DNA from: Chloroflexota bacterium
Lineage (GTDB): Bacteria; Chloroflexota; Dehalococcoidia; Lucifugimonadales; GCA-2719675
Length of the DNA stretch: 64,000 bases
Direction: 5' to 3'
Assembly: GCA_002719675.1 (NCBI GenBank)
Contig: PBID01000016.1
Location: 2,837 to 66,836, forward strand
The first letter of the stretch is position 1. The number at the start of each line of letters is the position of its first letter. The notes beneath the pieces were generated by a model. It did not search any database, was not told where the DNA came from, and worked only from the letters and a program-made list of their open reading frames with translations. Position numbers and translations under genes: made by a program. Positions 1 to 9,775 of this stretch are shown in pieces.

Positions 1-2
1 CT

Positions 3-926
3 TTTAGCTGGACAATTTATCAACAATACAATTCTTTAGTAGATCGCTCTATGAGTGCTTTGTTTTCAATAATATTTGTTTTATTGGCATTTTTAATCGT
101 GTTAATAGAATTCAAAACTCGTGGATTTCAAAAATACTACCGGATTGGAAGTGGAATTTCACGGAAACCAAAACCAATTTCCTTAGGCTTTTGGAAATTT
201 CCCGTCTATCTATTTTTATCTGTGGTTATTGGATTTTCTTTGATTTTGCCAATATCGATGCTGTTTGTTTGGTTATTTAAAGGAATGTATTTTGGTGATT
301 CAATTGTTTTTTCTTGGTCTCCAATTTTCAATTCAATTTTTGTTTCGGTTTCATCAGCATTATTAATTGTATTTTTTAGTTTCGCGGCATCTATTATTCT
401 TGTAAGGTATTCTTTAACTGGAAATAGATTTTTTGAATCTATAAGTTATTTGGGTTTTGTTTTGCCAGGCGTTGTAGTTGCAATTTCTGTAGTTTATTTT
501 GCTGCAAATTATATAGGTATTTTGTATCAAACTACAGTAGTACTGATTTTAGCGTATGTAATTTTATTTTTCCCAGTTGCTTTAGGTGCTATCCGTTCTG
601 TTTTATTACAAATTAATCCTAGGCTAGAAGACGCAGCTCATGGAATGTCACATAATTATTTTAGTGTTTTATTTAGAATCAATGTTCCATTGATGAAACC
701 TGGTTTAATAATGGGATTTGCAATGGTGTTTTTACTTGTTATGAAGGAATTACCTGTAACATTGATTTTAGGACCTTTGGGTTTTAAAACTTTAGCCACA
801 GAAGTGTGGTCTTTTTCTTCTGAAGCGTTTTTTGCAAGCGCAGCTGTACCGGCTTTAATAATAATATTAATTTGCTCATTACCTATGTTAGTGATTATAA
901 TTTGGGATAAGAGAATTGGTGATTAA
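3..926 (+). CDS. ABC transporter permease, Fe(III)-type (FbpB-like), probably 5'-truncated by the window edge
   Basis: ORF track 51..926. Multi-TM protein with an ABC permease cytoplasmic loop (AAHGMSHNYFSVLFRINVPLMKPG). The frame stays open back to nt 3 and there is no Shine-Dalgarno before ATG 51, so it may be the second half of a two-domain permease. The ATPase gene follows 3 nt later. Confidence 0.7.
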   Translation, partial: FSWTIYQQYNSLVDRSMSALFSIIFVLLAFLIVLIEFKTRGFQKYYRIGSGISRKPKPISLGFWKFPVYLFLSVVIGFSLILPISMLFVWLFKGMYFGDSIVFSWSPIFNSIFVSVSSALLIVFFSFAASIILVRYSLTGNRFFESISYLGFVLPGVVVAISVVYFAANYIGILYQTTVVLILAYVILFFPVALGAIRSVLLQINPRLEDAAHGMSHNYFSVLFRINVPLMKPGLIMGFAMVFLLVMKELPVTLILGPLGFKTLATEVWSFSSEAFFASAAVPALIIILICSLPMLVIIIWDKRIGD

Positions 927-929
927 CAA

Positions 930-1994
930 ATGAGTTTATTAAAATGTTCATCTGTATTTAAAGCATTTGGTAATATTGAAGCTTTGTGTGATGTTTCAAT
1001 AGATGTTAATCCTGGTGATATTTTAGCTATAGTTGGAGAAAGTGGTTGTGGTAAGACTACTTTGTTACGAGCTATTGCTGGATTTGAAACGATTGATAAT
1101 GGCGAGATTAATATCAAGGGACAAACCGTTTCATCCGATCAAATACACGTTTTACCTGAAAACAGGAATTTGGGAATGGTATTTCAGGAATATTCCTTGT
1201 TTCCACATATGAATGTTGAATCTAATATAATTTTTGGATTACGTTCCTATGATTCAATCGAGAAAAAAAATAGAGTTAAGGAAGTTTTAGATTTAGTCCG
1301 ATTGCCAGGTTATGAGAATAGATATCCTCATGAATTATCAGGAGGACAACAGCAAAGGATTGCATTAGCAAGAAGCTTAGCTCCAAACCCTACATTGATG
1401 TTGCTTGATGAGCCATTTAGTAACCTGGATTCAGTGAATCGGGTGGATATGTTAAATGATCTTCAGTCAATAATTAGAGATAGCCAAATGGCTACAATTT
1501 TAGTGACTCATGATAAAGAAGAAGCATTTTCTGTTGCTGACAATTTGGCTGTAATGGTTGATGGGAAAATCAATCAATATGATAAACCTAATGAAATTTA
1601 TTTTTATCCTAAAAATTATAAAGTAGCAAAATTGGTTTCGAATGCTGAATTTATATCTGGAAATGTGAATAATGGAGTTGTGGATTGTTTTTTGGGTTCA
1701 TTTCCTTATTTCGATTCAACTGGTCAAATTGATTCTAAGTCGGAAGTAACAGTTATGATTAGATTTGGAGATTTTAGAGCTGTTTATGATCCCAACGGTA
1801 ATTTTTTTGTTACTTCTATTGAATTTAAGGGTTCAAATTATATTGTTACGGTTAAATCTTTTAAAGGTGCTACTTATATCAAATCTGTTGAATCATTGGA
1901 TACTAATTTAGCTATAAATTCCAAAGTTAATTTGGTTCCGGTTAACTCTGATCCTTTGCTGGTTTTTCCTAAAATTTCAGAAGAAAATGACTGA
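930..1994 (+). CDS. ABC transporter ATP-binding protein (FbpC/PotA-like, with C-terminal regulatory/TOBE-like extension)
   Basis: Walker A GESGCGKTT, ABC signature [13 protein letters not shown], Walker B LMLLDEP. Adjacent to the permease. Confidence 0.88.
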   Translation: MSLLKCSSVFKAFGNIEALCDVSIDVNPGDILAIVGESGCGKTTLLRAIAGFETIDNGEINIKGQTVSSDQIHVLPENRNLGMVFQEYSLFPHMNVESNIIFGLRSYDSIEKKNRVKEVLDLVRLPGYENRYPHELSGGQQQRIALARSLAPNPTLMLLDEPFSNLDSVNRVDMLNDLQSIIRDSQMATILVTHDKEEAFSVADNLAVMVDGKINQYDKPNEIYFYPKNYKVAKLVSNAEFISGNVNNGVVDCFLGSFPYFDSTGQIDSKSEVTVMIRFGDFRAVYDPNGNFFVTSIEFKGSNYIVTVKSFKGATYIKSVESLDTNLAINSKVNLVPVNSDPLLVFPKISEEND

Positions 1995-2035
1995 AAGTGA
2001 TTAAAAAAATTTATTTGATTTAAAAATTTATTAGT

Positions 2036-2051
2036 GTTAGTTTAAATTAAC
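2036..2051. promoter_or_regulatory. Imperfect palindrome, candidate metalloregulator operator
   Basis: GTTAGTTTAAATTAAC is palindromic at 14 of 16 positions and lies 12 nt upstream of the DtxR-family start codon. It only loosely resembles the DtxR/IdeR box half-sites (GTTAG/CTAAC). Confidence 0.2.
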
Positions 2052-2063
2052 TAGGAGTGAAAA

Positions 2064-2765
2064 ATGTCTAAAATTAAGCAAGCCCGATTGTCTATGGCAA
2101 TGGAAAATTATTTGCTTTCAATTTTCCGAATTCAAGAAGAAGGAGAAACTGTTACTATCACGCAGTTGGCTGAACATTTGAAAACATTACCTGAGGGTGA
2201 AGGACTTGGCACTTCTTTACCATCTGTTTCTGGAATGTTACGTAGAATGCAGAAAGAAGGCTTTATAGATATTGAACCTAAGAAAAAAATTATCACTTTC
2301 ACTAGAAGTGGTATCGCAAATGCTGAAATTATAGTTCGTAAGCATAGGTTGTCGGAAAGATTAGTGGTGGATTTGTTTGGCGTAGAATTATATAGAGCTC
2401 ATACTGAAGCCCATCTTCTAGAACATGCTATTTCTCCATATTTGGAGAATAAAGTTCTAGCAAAACTTGGTAATCCATCAATTTCACCTTATGGGTTTCC
2501 TATTCCAGGTAGCAATTATGTTATAAATAAAAAAGCTATTCGTTTAAGTGAATTAGATTCAGGATTAAATTTTTTGATTGATAGAATTCCAGAAGATGAT
2601 GAAAGTTTATTAAAATATTTGGTAGAAAATAATGTTGTTCCAGGACAATCAGGGATATTGAAAGATATCAATAAATCTACTAAAACAATTTCTATAAATT
2701 GTTCTTCAAAGGAATCTTTTTTTGGATTTGAAGTAGGAACTTTGATTTGGGTAATACCAGCTTAA
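2064..2765 (+). CDS. DtxR/MntR-family metal-dependent transcriptional repressor with C-terminal FeoA/SH3-like domain
   Basis: N-terminal winged helix (ITQLAEHL...), metal-binding/dimerisation helix RKHRLSERLVVDLFG...HTEAHLLEHAISP. SD AGGAG lies upstream of the ATG. Confidence 0.85.
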   Translation: MSKIKQARLSMAMENYLLSIFRIQEEGETVTITQLAEHLKTLPEGEGLGTSLPSVSGMLRRMQKEGFIDIEPKKKIITFTRSGIANAEIIVRKHRLSERLVVDLFGVELYRAHTEAHLLEHAISPYLENKVLAKLGNPSISPYGFPIPGSNYVINKKAIRLSELDSGLNFLIDRIPEDDESLLKYLVENNVVPGQSGILKDINKSTKTISINCSSKESFFGFEVGTLIWVIPA

Positions 2766-2857
2766 AGTTAGAAAATTTTTATTTGATTTCTCTTTTTTTA
2801 TAGATTAAAATTATCCCAATTTATAGATGCTTGATTTTTATTGGGAATGATTATTTA

Positions 2858-4264
2858 ATGCAAACTTATCAAAATGTAAGCCATAGGCAGTTAATTTCTC
2901 ATTTGTTTAGACGGGCTGGTTTTGGCGTTTCTGATAGAGAAATTGATAAATATTTGGATAAAAGCTATGAGGATGTTGTCGACGAATTGCTTGGAACTGG
3001 AGATTTCATTGATTTTGAAGATGATGATATTCTTGAAAGATATTATGGAGAGAAAAATATCTATACAGTCCCAGCTCGTAATATTTATAGAATGATTAAT
3101 ACGAATAATCCTTTACAAGAAAAGGTTGCGCTTTTTTGGCATCATCTTTTAGCCACAGGGTATTCGAAAGATTCTGTTCCTTGGTCTAGTGATTTGCAAA
3201 TAAATTTATTTAGACGTTTTGGTTTGACAGATTTCAAAACAATTTTGGTTCAAATTTCTAAAGATCCAGCAATGATTTCATGGCTAGATAATAGTGAAAA
3301 TCATGCTGGAGAACCTAATGAAAACTACGGACGTGAATTGTTGGAATTGTTTTCAATGGGAGTAGGTAATTATACTGAAGAAGACGTAAAAAATTGTGCA
3401 TATTCTTTTACAGGTTGGACTTTTACTCAGCTAATTCCTTTATACCCAACAGGACATTATTTACCTGATTTTCAGTTTTTAAGCCATGAACATGAATATT
3501 CTATGAAGCAATTCTTAGGACATAATGGAAAATTTAATGGTGAAGATGTTATAGATATTATTGTTCAACAGCCAGCTACCGCTAGATTTTTATGCCGGCA
3601 TTTGTATAATTTTTTTGTTGCAGATGAAAAACAGATCCCTGCCTGGAATTCTGAGCAGCCGTTAGATCCTATTGCTATTAAGGAATTAGAACATGCATAT
3701 TTTGAATCTAACGGTGATCTCAAACATATTTTAAAAACGTTATTTAATTCAGATTTTTTCAAAAAATCTTTGTATAAAAAAGTGAAAAGTCCTACTGAGT
3801 TAATTGTAGGTGTAATCAAGTTGGTTGAGACATATGGGTTTCCTGAAATGGGTCTTACAGATTTGGTTTATGCAGGTACATATATGGGACAACAACTCAT
3901 TAATCCTCCAACTGTTGAAGGTTGGCATACGGGTACTGAATGGATTGATGGAGGTACATTGTCAGAAAGAATTAATTTTGCTACTGAGCAATTTGTTGAT
4001 ACTCAAAAACCTGGTGTTAAATTTATGCTAGAAAAACTTTCTTTGAATGCTGGAGATGCTTATAGTAATTTATTGCTTGATCATTGCTTAGAAATTGTTG
4101 GTTTAGTGGATGTTAAAAGTGAGACTAGACAAGGTATTTTGACAGATTTTGATTCAATGGAAGAATCTTTTTTCGGTAAATCAAATTCTGATGAATTTAA
4201 AATTAATCGTGTAGCTAGAATGCTTCAATTAGTTTTATCTACAAGGGAATATCAGTTGTGTTGA
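2858..4264 (+). CDS. DUF1800-family protein
   Basis: Family hallmarks LFRRAGFG, FWHHLLAT and MISWLDNSEN..EPNENYGRELLELFSMGVGNYTEEDVKNCAYSFTGW. I prefer ATG 2858 over the upstream TTG 2831 in the ORF track. Confidence 0.8.
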   Translation: MQTYQNVSHRQLISHLFRRAGFGVSDREIDKYLDKSYEDVVDELLGTGDFIDFEDDDILERYYGEKNIYTVPARNIYRMINTNNPLQEKVALFWHHLLATGYSKDSVPWSSDLQINLFRRFGLTDFKTILVQISKDPAMISWLDNSENHAGEPNENYGRELLELFSMGVGNYTEEDVKNCAYSFTGWTFTQLIPLYPTGHYLPDFQFLSHEHEYSMKQFLGHNGKFNGEDVIDIIVQQPATARFLCRHLYNFFVADEKQIPAWNSEQPLDPIAIKELEHAYFESNGDLKHILKTLFNSDFFKKSLYKKVKSPTELIVGVIKLVETYGFPEMGLTDLVYAGTYMGQQLINPPTVEGWHTGTEWIDGGTLSERINFATEQFVDTQKPGVKFMLEKLSLNAGDAYSNLLLDHCLEIVGLVDVKSETRQGILTDFDSMEESFFGKSNSDEFKINRVARMLQLVLSTREYQLC

Positions 4265-4282
4265 GTAAAAAGGAAAAATTTC

Positions 4283-5308
4283 ATGAGTAGGCCTTATGCA
4301 TTGTTGAGGGCAGGGTTCCCGTATTTGACTACTATAGGTGTTAGACGTAATCAAAATGTTACTCACCCAACTGATATAGCTTTTGGTAAAAATGGTGAAA
4401 TTTATATAGTTTGTCAGATGCATATATCTCAAAATACAGGAATTGTAGTTTTAAATATTAACGATGATTGCTTAGATTTTTTTAGTTTACAGGGATCAGA
4501 TTTTGGGCAAGCTAGATTCCCTGAATGTATATTAATTGATGATAATGAGACTCTTTATATTTCTGATTCTGCATTACATAGAATTACTTTGCTTTCAAAA
4601 AAAGGTGAATACATAAGCCATTGGGGAGAATTTGGTTCCAAAGAAGGCCAACTTAATAGACCATCTGGTATGTCATTTGATTCTACTGGCAATATTTATA
4701 TCTCTGACACCATGAATCATAGAGTTCAAAAATTTACCAAAGATGGTGAATTTATTGGATCAATAGGTGGATTTGGTTCAAAAAAAGGTGAAATGAATAT
4801 GCCTTTTGGTATAAAAATTGATGAGTTAGATTATTTATATGTAGCTGATTGGCGTAATGATAGAATTCAAAAATTTGATTCAGATGGAAAATTTGTTTTT
4901 AGTATTGGTAAATCAGGGAATGGGCTTGGAGAATTTAATAGACCATCTGGAGTAGATGTTGATTCAGATGGTGATATTTATATAGCTGACACAATGAATA
5001 ATAGAGTGCAATTATTTAACGAAAAAGGTCGATATGTTCAAAGATTTTTGGGCGATGCAACTTTATCTAAATCAGCTGTTGATCTGATGCAAGTTCAAAG
5101 TTTACCTCTACGTTTAAGAGATACTGCTGATTTAGAAGACCAGAAATGGTTGACTCATCCCAGAACCGTTAAAATTAATTCAGAAGGAATGATGTTTGTC
5201 CCTGATTATCATAGATATAGGGTGCAAATTTATAAAAAAGAGGCTTATCATCTAAAAGAAAGCCAACTAGCTCCAGAGCAGAGATCTCCTAAATTAAAGA
5301 CGGTTTAA
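4283..5308 (+). CDS. NHL-repeat beta-propeller protein, no obvious signal peptide
   Basis: About 5-6 repeats of the NHL pattern (NRPSGMSFDSTGNIYISDTMNHRVQKF, NRPSGVDVDSDGDIYIADTMNNRVQLF, etc.). Lies 18 nt after the DUF1800 gene. Confidence 0.8.
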   Translation: MSRPYALLRAGFPYLTTIGVRRNQNVTHPTDIAFGKNGEIYIVCQMHISQNTGIVVLNINDDCLDFFSLQGSDFGQARFPECILIDDNETLYISDSALHRITLLSKKGEYISHWGEFGSKEGQLNRPSGMSFDSTGNIYISDTMNHRVQKFTKDGEFIGSIGGFGSKKGEMNMPFGIKIDELDYLYVADWRNDRIQKFDSDGKFVFSIGKSGNGLGEFNRPSGVDVDSDGDIYIADTMNNRVQLFNEKGRYVQRFLGDATLSKSAVDLMQVQSLPLRLRDTADLEDQKWLTHPRTVKINSEGMMFVPDYHRYRVQIYKKEAYHLKESQLAPEQRSPKLKTV

Positions 5309-5313
5309 CTGAT

Positions 5314-6480
5314 CTATTTCGTATATCCAAAGATTTGGTTATTTGTTATTTTGTTATCTTTGATATAGTCAAAGTTAATATCTTCACCAATACCTGGTAG
5401 TTCTGGAACATGTACAAACCCATCTTTGTCTAATGGCTCAAATGGAGTTTTAAACCATTGAGGTCCAATATCTAGATTTCTAAATGGATGTTCTAGCCCT
5501 TTTTCGTAGTATGTTCCATCAATTCCCATAGCTGCAAGTACTTGTATATTTGCACCTTGTCCACCATGCACTTCCATATTCATTCCAAAAGATTCTGCAA
5601 GATGAACTAATTTAATTAATGCAGTAATACCACCTACTTCACCAGCTCCCCCTCTTAGCATGTCGCAAGCCCCAAATTTTGCCCATTCAGCTCTTGATTT
5701 GAAACTACCTTCAATATTCTCAGGACCAAGAATAGCTATATCAAGTTGATCACATAACCATATATATGAAGACATACTATGTTCATTCATTGGTTCCTCT
5801 AGCCATACAAAATCAAGTTTTTCGATTGCTCTACCTAATTCTTTAGCTTCCTGTCGACTATAATGATGATGAGGGTCTAGCATTAAGTCTATTTCTGGGC
5901 CTACGGCATCCCTTACTGCTTCACATGCTTCAATGTCTTTTTTTAAGCTTGGGGCCCAAGAAATTGGAGGGCACCATAGATGTAATTTAATTGCTTTATA
6001 TCCTCGAGATACTAGTTTTTTTGAAAAATTTGCATAATCTTCAGGAGAACTTAATCCGCCAGGAGTTTCATCACCTGGCATAATGCTTGCATAAGCGAGA
6101 ATTTTTTTTCGATTACCTCCAAGCATTTTATAAACAGGAATATTCAGAAATCTTCCACAAAGATCCCATAAAGCAATATCTGCAGCAGCCATGATCATAT
6201 CGGTGAGATTATGATTAAGTTTCTGAATTCTTCGAAATCTTTGCCAAATTTTCTCTCTATCAAAAGCATCCTCGCCTATCATTGCAGGTTCAATTACAGA
6301 TTTACATATTTCTTCGGATACGCCACCAAAAGCGTAACCTTCTGCTCCACTATCTGCTTTAATTGTTAATAATGTATTTTGAGATTCATGTTCTTTTCCA
6401 ACACTAGGATGCCCTTCAAGATCTCTCCAAACACTTGTGGTATATCTGAACCGAGTTGTTGTAACGCTAATTATCTTCAT
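5314..6480 (-). CDS. Enolase-superfamily enzyme (mandelate racemase/muconate lactonizing family; specificity unknown)
   Basis: N-terminal capping domain (DIALWDLCGR..VYKMLGG) and barrel metal-ligand motifs LMLDPHH, WLEEP and GPEN. Confidence 0.85.
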   Translation of the reverse strand: MKIISVTTTRFRYTTSVWRDLEGHPSVGKEHESQNTLLTIKADSGAEGYAFGGVSEEICKSVIEPAMIGEDAFDREKIWQRFRRIQKLNHNLTDMIMAAADIALWDLCGRFLNIPVYKMLGGNRKKILAYASIMPGDETPGGLSSPEDYANFSKKLVSRGYKAIKLHLWCPPISWAPSLKKDIEACEAVRDAVGPEIDLMLDPHHHYSRQEAKELGRAIEKLDFVWLEEPMNEHSMSSYIWLCDQLDIAILGPENIEGSFKSRAEWAKFGACDMLRGGAGEVGGITALIKLVHLAESFGMNMEVHGGQGANIQVLAAMGIDGTYYEKGLEHPFRNLDIGPQWFKTPFEPLDKDGFVHVPELPGIGEDINFDYIKDNKITNNQIFGYTK

Positions 6481-6495
6481 TTATAAACCTTTCTT

Positions 6496-7515
6496 TTATA
6501 AGAATTTGTTGAAAAAACTTACAACTTTGTTGAAATATTCCATCATGTATACGTGTTTTCCAGGCGGTCTATAGCATTCGAAGTTTTGAGATAAACCTTC
6601 TTTTTTGTATGCAGGTTTTACGATTTCCAACATATCATCAACACCACTTGAAGGCATATCTTCATCCTCGGTTGGAGCAATCATAATAAAAGGTCTTGGA
6701 GTAATGCATGTTGAAATAATTTCTCCATGGTCGAAGTATTTTAATATGCCAGGGATATATCCAGCAGAACTCTGCCTCCAAGGTTGTCCTTCATATAGAT
6801 TTCTATATAAACTTCCAATTCCTCCACAAACTGGAGCCCCTACTGAAATGGATGGATCACAGGCCATTCCATACCATGCTCCTACTCCGCCTAAGGACAT
6901 TCCTGTTAAGCCTATTCTGTCTGAGTTAACAGTGTTAATTGAGGCAAGAATTCGTGCAGCAATTAAGGTTTCTTCAACGATATATCCATATTGAGTCCTA
7001 CCTAATGGAGATAGTAATTTTGCTTCTTGTTCCCATTTAGCTACAGTTCCTCTTCTTTCAACGCATCCTTTTAGAGAAATTGATATAGTTGCGTATCCTA
7101 ATCTAGCTAGTTCTCTAGCCCATCCAAAAAGTTGTCCTTTGTTTGGGTGAGGTCTATAGAATTTTTCATTAGTGATGCTTTCTTTGGTGGCAGCAGTTCC
7201 ACCCATGCAAACAATTCCAGCTAATTTGTTAGGTTGATTTGTGATCGGAGTAATCACTGTAGCTTCAATTTTTTCAGATAATGAGTTTTGATATTTTATT
7301 TTATATTCAATTAGCCCTTCATTTTCCTTAGGTTTTGCTACATTGAAATTAATATTGGTAGGTAATTCTTCAATCCCTAAGATTTCTAAAAGTTTTTCTC
7401 TAACTTTTTCCGGAGCTATGTTTTGTTGGTATGTTGGCTTTAAGCCTTTTGGGATTTTTTGATTGATTTTTGGATACAGCTTATCTATATCTACAGGGAT
7501 ATTGTTATCGGACAA
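6496..7515 (-). CDS. Alpha/beta hydrolase (dienelactone hydrolase / acetyl-xylan-esterase-like)
   Basis: Nucleophile elbow GMSLGG and overall alpha/beta-hydrolase pattern. Lies 15 nt upstream of the enolase-family gene on the same strand. Confidence 0.7.
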   Translation of the reverse strand: MSDNNIPVDIDKLYPKINQKIPKGLKPTYQQNIAPEKVREKLLEILGIEELPTNINFNVAKPKENEGLIEYKIKYQNSLSEKIEATVITPITNQPNKLAGIVCMGGTAATKESITNEKFYRPHPNKGQLFGWARELARLGYATISISLKGCVERRGTVAKWEQEAKLLSPLGRTQYGYIVEETLIAARILASINTVNSDRIGLTGMSLGGVGAWYGMACDPSISVGAPVCGGIGSLYRNLYEGQPWRQSSAGYIPGILKYFDHGEIISTCITPRPFIMIAPTEDEDMPSSGVDDMLEIVKPAYKKEGLSQNFECYRPPGKHVYMMEYFNKVVSFFNKFL

Positions 7516-7660
7516 TTTTTCACCTATAAGAAATTAAAAATATTTTTTGTTACTTTACTATCTTAATAATTTATTGAAAAGGTCATTACTAGCTAAATAG
7601 TGTTTTTGTTTAGATTAAACAGACGCAACAGATTTATTAACTTAAATTGAAATACTAAAC

Positions 7661-7690
7661 TTGACACTTACTATTAATCTATCTTACATT
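7661..7690 (+). promoter_or_regulatory. Candidate sigma70-type promoter for the tRNA
   Basis: TTGACA (7661-7666), an 18-nt spacer, then TACATT (7685-7690). This sits about 12 nt upstream of the tRNA 5' end. Confidence 0.3.
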
Positions 7691-7702
7691 TGAATATTAG
7701 AG

Positions 7703-7778
7703 GGGCCCGTAGCTCAGTGGTTAGAGCGGTCGGCTCATAACCGATTGGTCGTAGGTTCGATTCCTACCGGGCCCACCA
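7703..7778 (+). tRNA. tRNA with CAU anticodon; elongator type, features favour tRNA-Ile2 (lysidine) over tRNA-Met
   Basis: Hand-folded cloverleaf: acceptor GGGCCCG/CGGGCCC, D stem GCTC/GAGC, anticodon stem GTCGG/CCGAT with loop CTCATAA, T arm GTAGG-TTCGATT-CCTAC, encoded CCA. It lacks the initiator features (G1-C72 is paired, and there are no three G-C pairs in the anticodon stem). C4-G69 and C5-G68 resemble tRNA-Ile2. Confidence 0.9.
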
Positions 7779-7779
7779 T

Positions 7780-8361
7780 TTATTTATTTGGCTCCCAATT
7801 AATTACGAATTCTTTTTGCATATCTGTTTGTGGGGATTGGAGCCATCTATTTGGTAAATTTTTTCTTAGTGAAGCTATCTTTTTTATAGCTTTTTCGCCT
7901 GTTTCACCATGTCGGACCAAATAACATCCAATTACTATACCTGTTCTACCTAAACCTCTCAGGCAGTGGACATAGATTTTTTCTCCTGCAGATATTTCTT
8001 GATCTATATAATTTAGTATTTCTTCCATTTCCGTTTTTTCAGGAGTAGACATATCTTGAATAGGCATTCTTTTATATTTAATAATTTTCGAGTCAGGATT
8101 CATTAATTCTATCAGTTGTGAATAAGGTGGTAATTCTCCTTCTACAGTTAAATCAATGAAAGATGTAATTCCAGATTTTAGTAGTGAATTTAATCGTTTT
8201 TTTGGTCCAAAATATCCTTTTGACGGGTCTTTTAGAAATGCTAAAATTTCATAAAGTTTAGTTACTATTATTCTCCAAAAAAATTTTGGATGTTGTTTGC
8301 CTGGGTAGTCTCCGGCTGTAATTTGACTTGAGGCTATATATGAATATGGAGGTATGGACAT
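7780..8361 (-). CDS. Dual-specificity / protein-tyrosine phosphatase family protein
   Basis: Catalytic P-loop HCLRGLGRTG (HCx5R[ST]). Confidence 0.8.
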   Translation of the reverse strand: MSIPPYSYIASSQITAGDYPGKQHPKFFWRIIVTKLYEILAFLKDPSKGYFGPKKRLNSLLKSGITSFIDLTVEGELPPYSQLIELMNPDSKIIKYKRMPIQDMSTPEKTEMEEILNYIDQEISAGEKIYVHCLRGLGRTGIVIGCYLVRHGETGEKAIKKIASLRKNLPNRWLQSPQTDMQKEFVINWEPNK

Positions 8362-8499
8362 TTTATTGAATAATTTCTAGAGGATTAGTTTAATTATTAT
8401 TTAGTTATTATAGATGATTCTGAAACAATTTGGGTATTTTTGTCGTTTTAATATATATTAGAGGTATAGAAGGTTATTTATTTAAATTGAGGTTAAATA

Positions 8500-9426
8500 T
8501 TGAGATATTTGATAACTGGCGCTACTGGATTTATTGGCAAAGAATTGGTTTCTCAAATCCGAAAAAATGGAGATTCATTTGATGTCATAACAAGAAATGC
8601 AAAACGGGCAAAAGAGATTTTTCCTGATGCGAATAAAATTCATCAGGTTGATTTAAAGAAGCAAGTGCCTCAAGAAGATATTTTTAAAGATGTTGATGTT
8701 GTAATTAATTTGGCGGGAGAATTTGTTTTTAGTTTATTTGGTTGGACAAAGTCAAAAAAATTATCAATTTATAATAGTAGAGTTGTGTTAACTAGAAATC
8801 TAGTTAAAGGAGTTGTTTCTAGTGGAAATAGTACTGTTGGTATAGTTTCAGCTAGTGCCGTTGGGTATTATCCGCAAACAGAAGAGAAAAAAATTCTTGA
8901 TGAAAAGTCTGAAAATGGAACACAGTTTCTTTCTGGAGTCTGTTTTGATTGGGAAAATGAAGCTATTTCAGCTACAAAGCTTGGTATTGATGTTTCAATA
9001 GTAAGACTTGGGATTGTTTTAGGAAGACAGGGAGGAGTAATTGCGAGTTTATATTGGCCATTCGTTTTAGGCTTAGGAACTGTATTTGGTAGAGGGACCC
9101 AATGGTGGTCTTGGATACATGTCTCAGATGTTGTCAATTTAATTTTGTTTTGTGCTGAAAATAGATTGAAGGGCATATATAATGGAGTATCAGTTGATCC
9201 TGTAATGCATAAGGATTTTGCTTTAACATTAGCTAAATCTTTAAACAGGGGGCTTTATTTTAAATTCCCTGAGTTTTTATTGAAGCTATTTATGAGAGAA
9301 ATGTCTTCTGAGTTATTAAATAGTTATTTTGTTAAACCTCATGCAATACTTAGTGCTGGATTCAGATTTAGATTTGACAATTTAAATGAAGCTTTAAAAA
9401 ATATTTTTTCAAGGAATGTTAAATGA
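8500..9426 (+). CDS. TIGR01777-type NAD-dependent epimerase/dehydratase family protein (SDR fold with DUF1731-like C-terminus)
   Basis: N-terminal Rossmann motif ITGATGFIG. Length and C-terminal pattern are typical of YfcH-like proteins. Confidence 0.78.
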   Translation: MRYLITGATGFIGKELVSQIRKNGDSFDVITRNAKRAKEIFPDANKIHQVDLKKQVPQEDIFKDVDVVINLAGEFVFSLFGWTKSKKLSIYNSRVVLTRNLVKGVVSSGNSTVGIVSASAVGYYPQTEEKKILDEKSENGTQFLSGVCFDWENEAISATKLGIDVSIVRLGIVLGRQGGVIASLYWPFVLGLGTVFGRGTQWWSWIHVSDVVNLILFCAENRLKGIYNGVSVDPVMHKDFALTLAKSLNRGLYFKFPEFLLKLFMREMSSELLNSYFVKPHAILSAGFRFRFDNLNEALKNIFSRNVK

Positions 9427-9773
9427 ATAAAATGATTTTAGTTGGTGCGATTACTGCGACATTTATACTTTTCATATTTATATTTGTGTTAATGAATTCT
9501 AATGAGACTGAAGTTCAAGTTCAGTATGATACTGGTGAGGAAACATGTAAACAATTGGAAGTTTTGTTAAATGGTGTAAATTCGTTGCCTGAAATTGAAT
9601 ATCAAAAAGCTGCAGCTAAATTAGAAATAATTTCTCGTACTTCTGAGCCAGCTTTTATTGAGGCTGCCAGGGCTGTTTCTTCAACGCTTGTACCTACGAT
9701 AAAGATGGAATCGTTTCTAATGGTATCAAGTCGAATGATTACGTTATGTGAAAAAGAAGGCTATTGGAATTAG
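9423..9773 (+). CDS. Hypothetical small membrane-anchored protein
   Basis: ATGA start/stop overlap with the upstream gene. It has a single N-terminal TM (LVGAITATFILFIFIFVLM). I recognise no family. Confidence 0.45.
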   Translation: MNKMILVGAITATFILFIFIFVLMNSNETEVQVQYDTGEETCKQLEVLLNGVNSLPEIEYQKAAAKLEIISRTSEPAFIEAARAVSSTLVPTIKMESFLMVSSRMITLCEKEGYWN

Positions 9774-9775
9774 CC

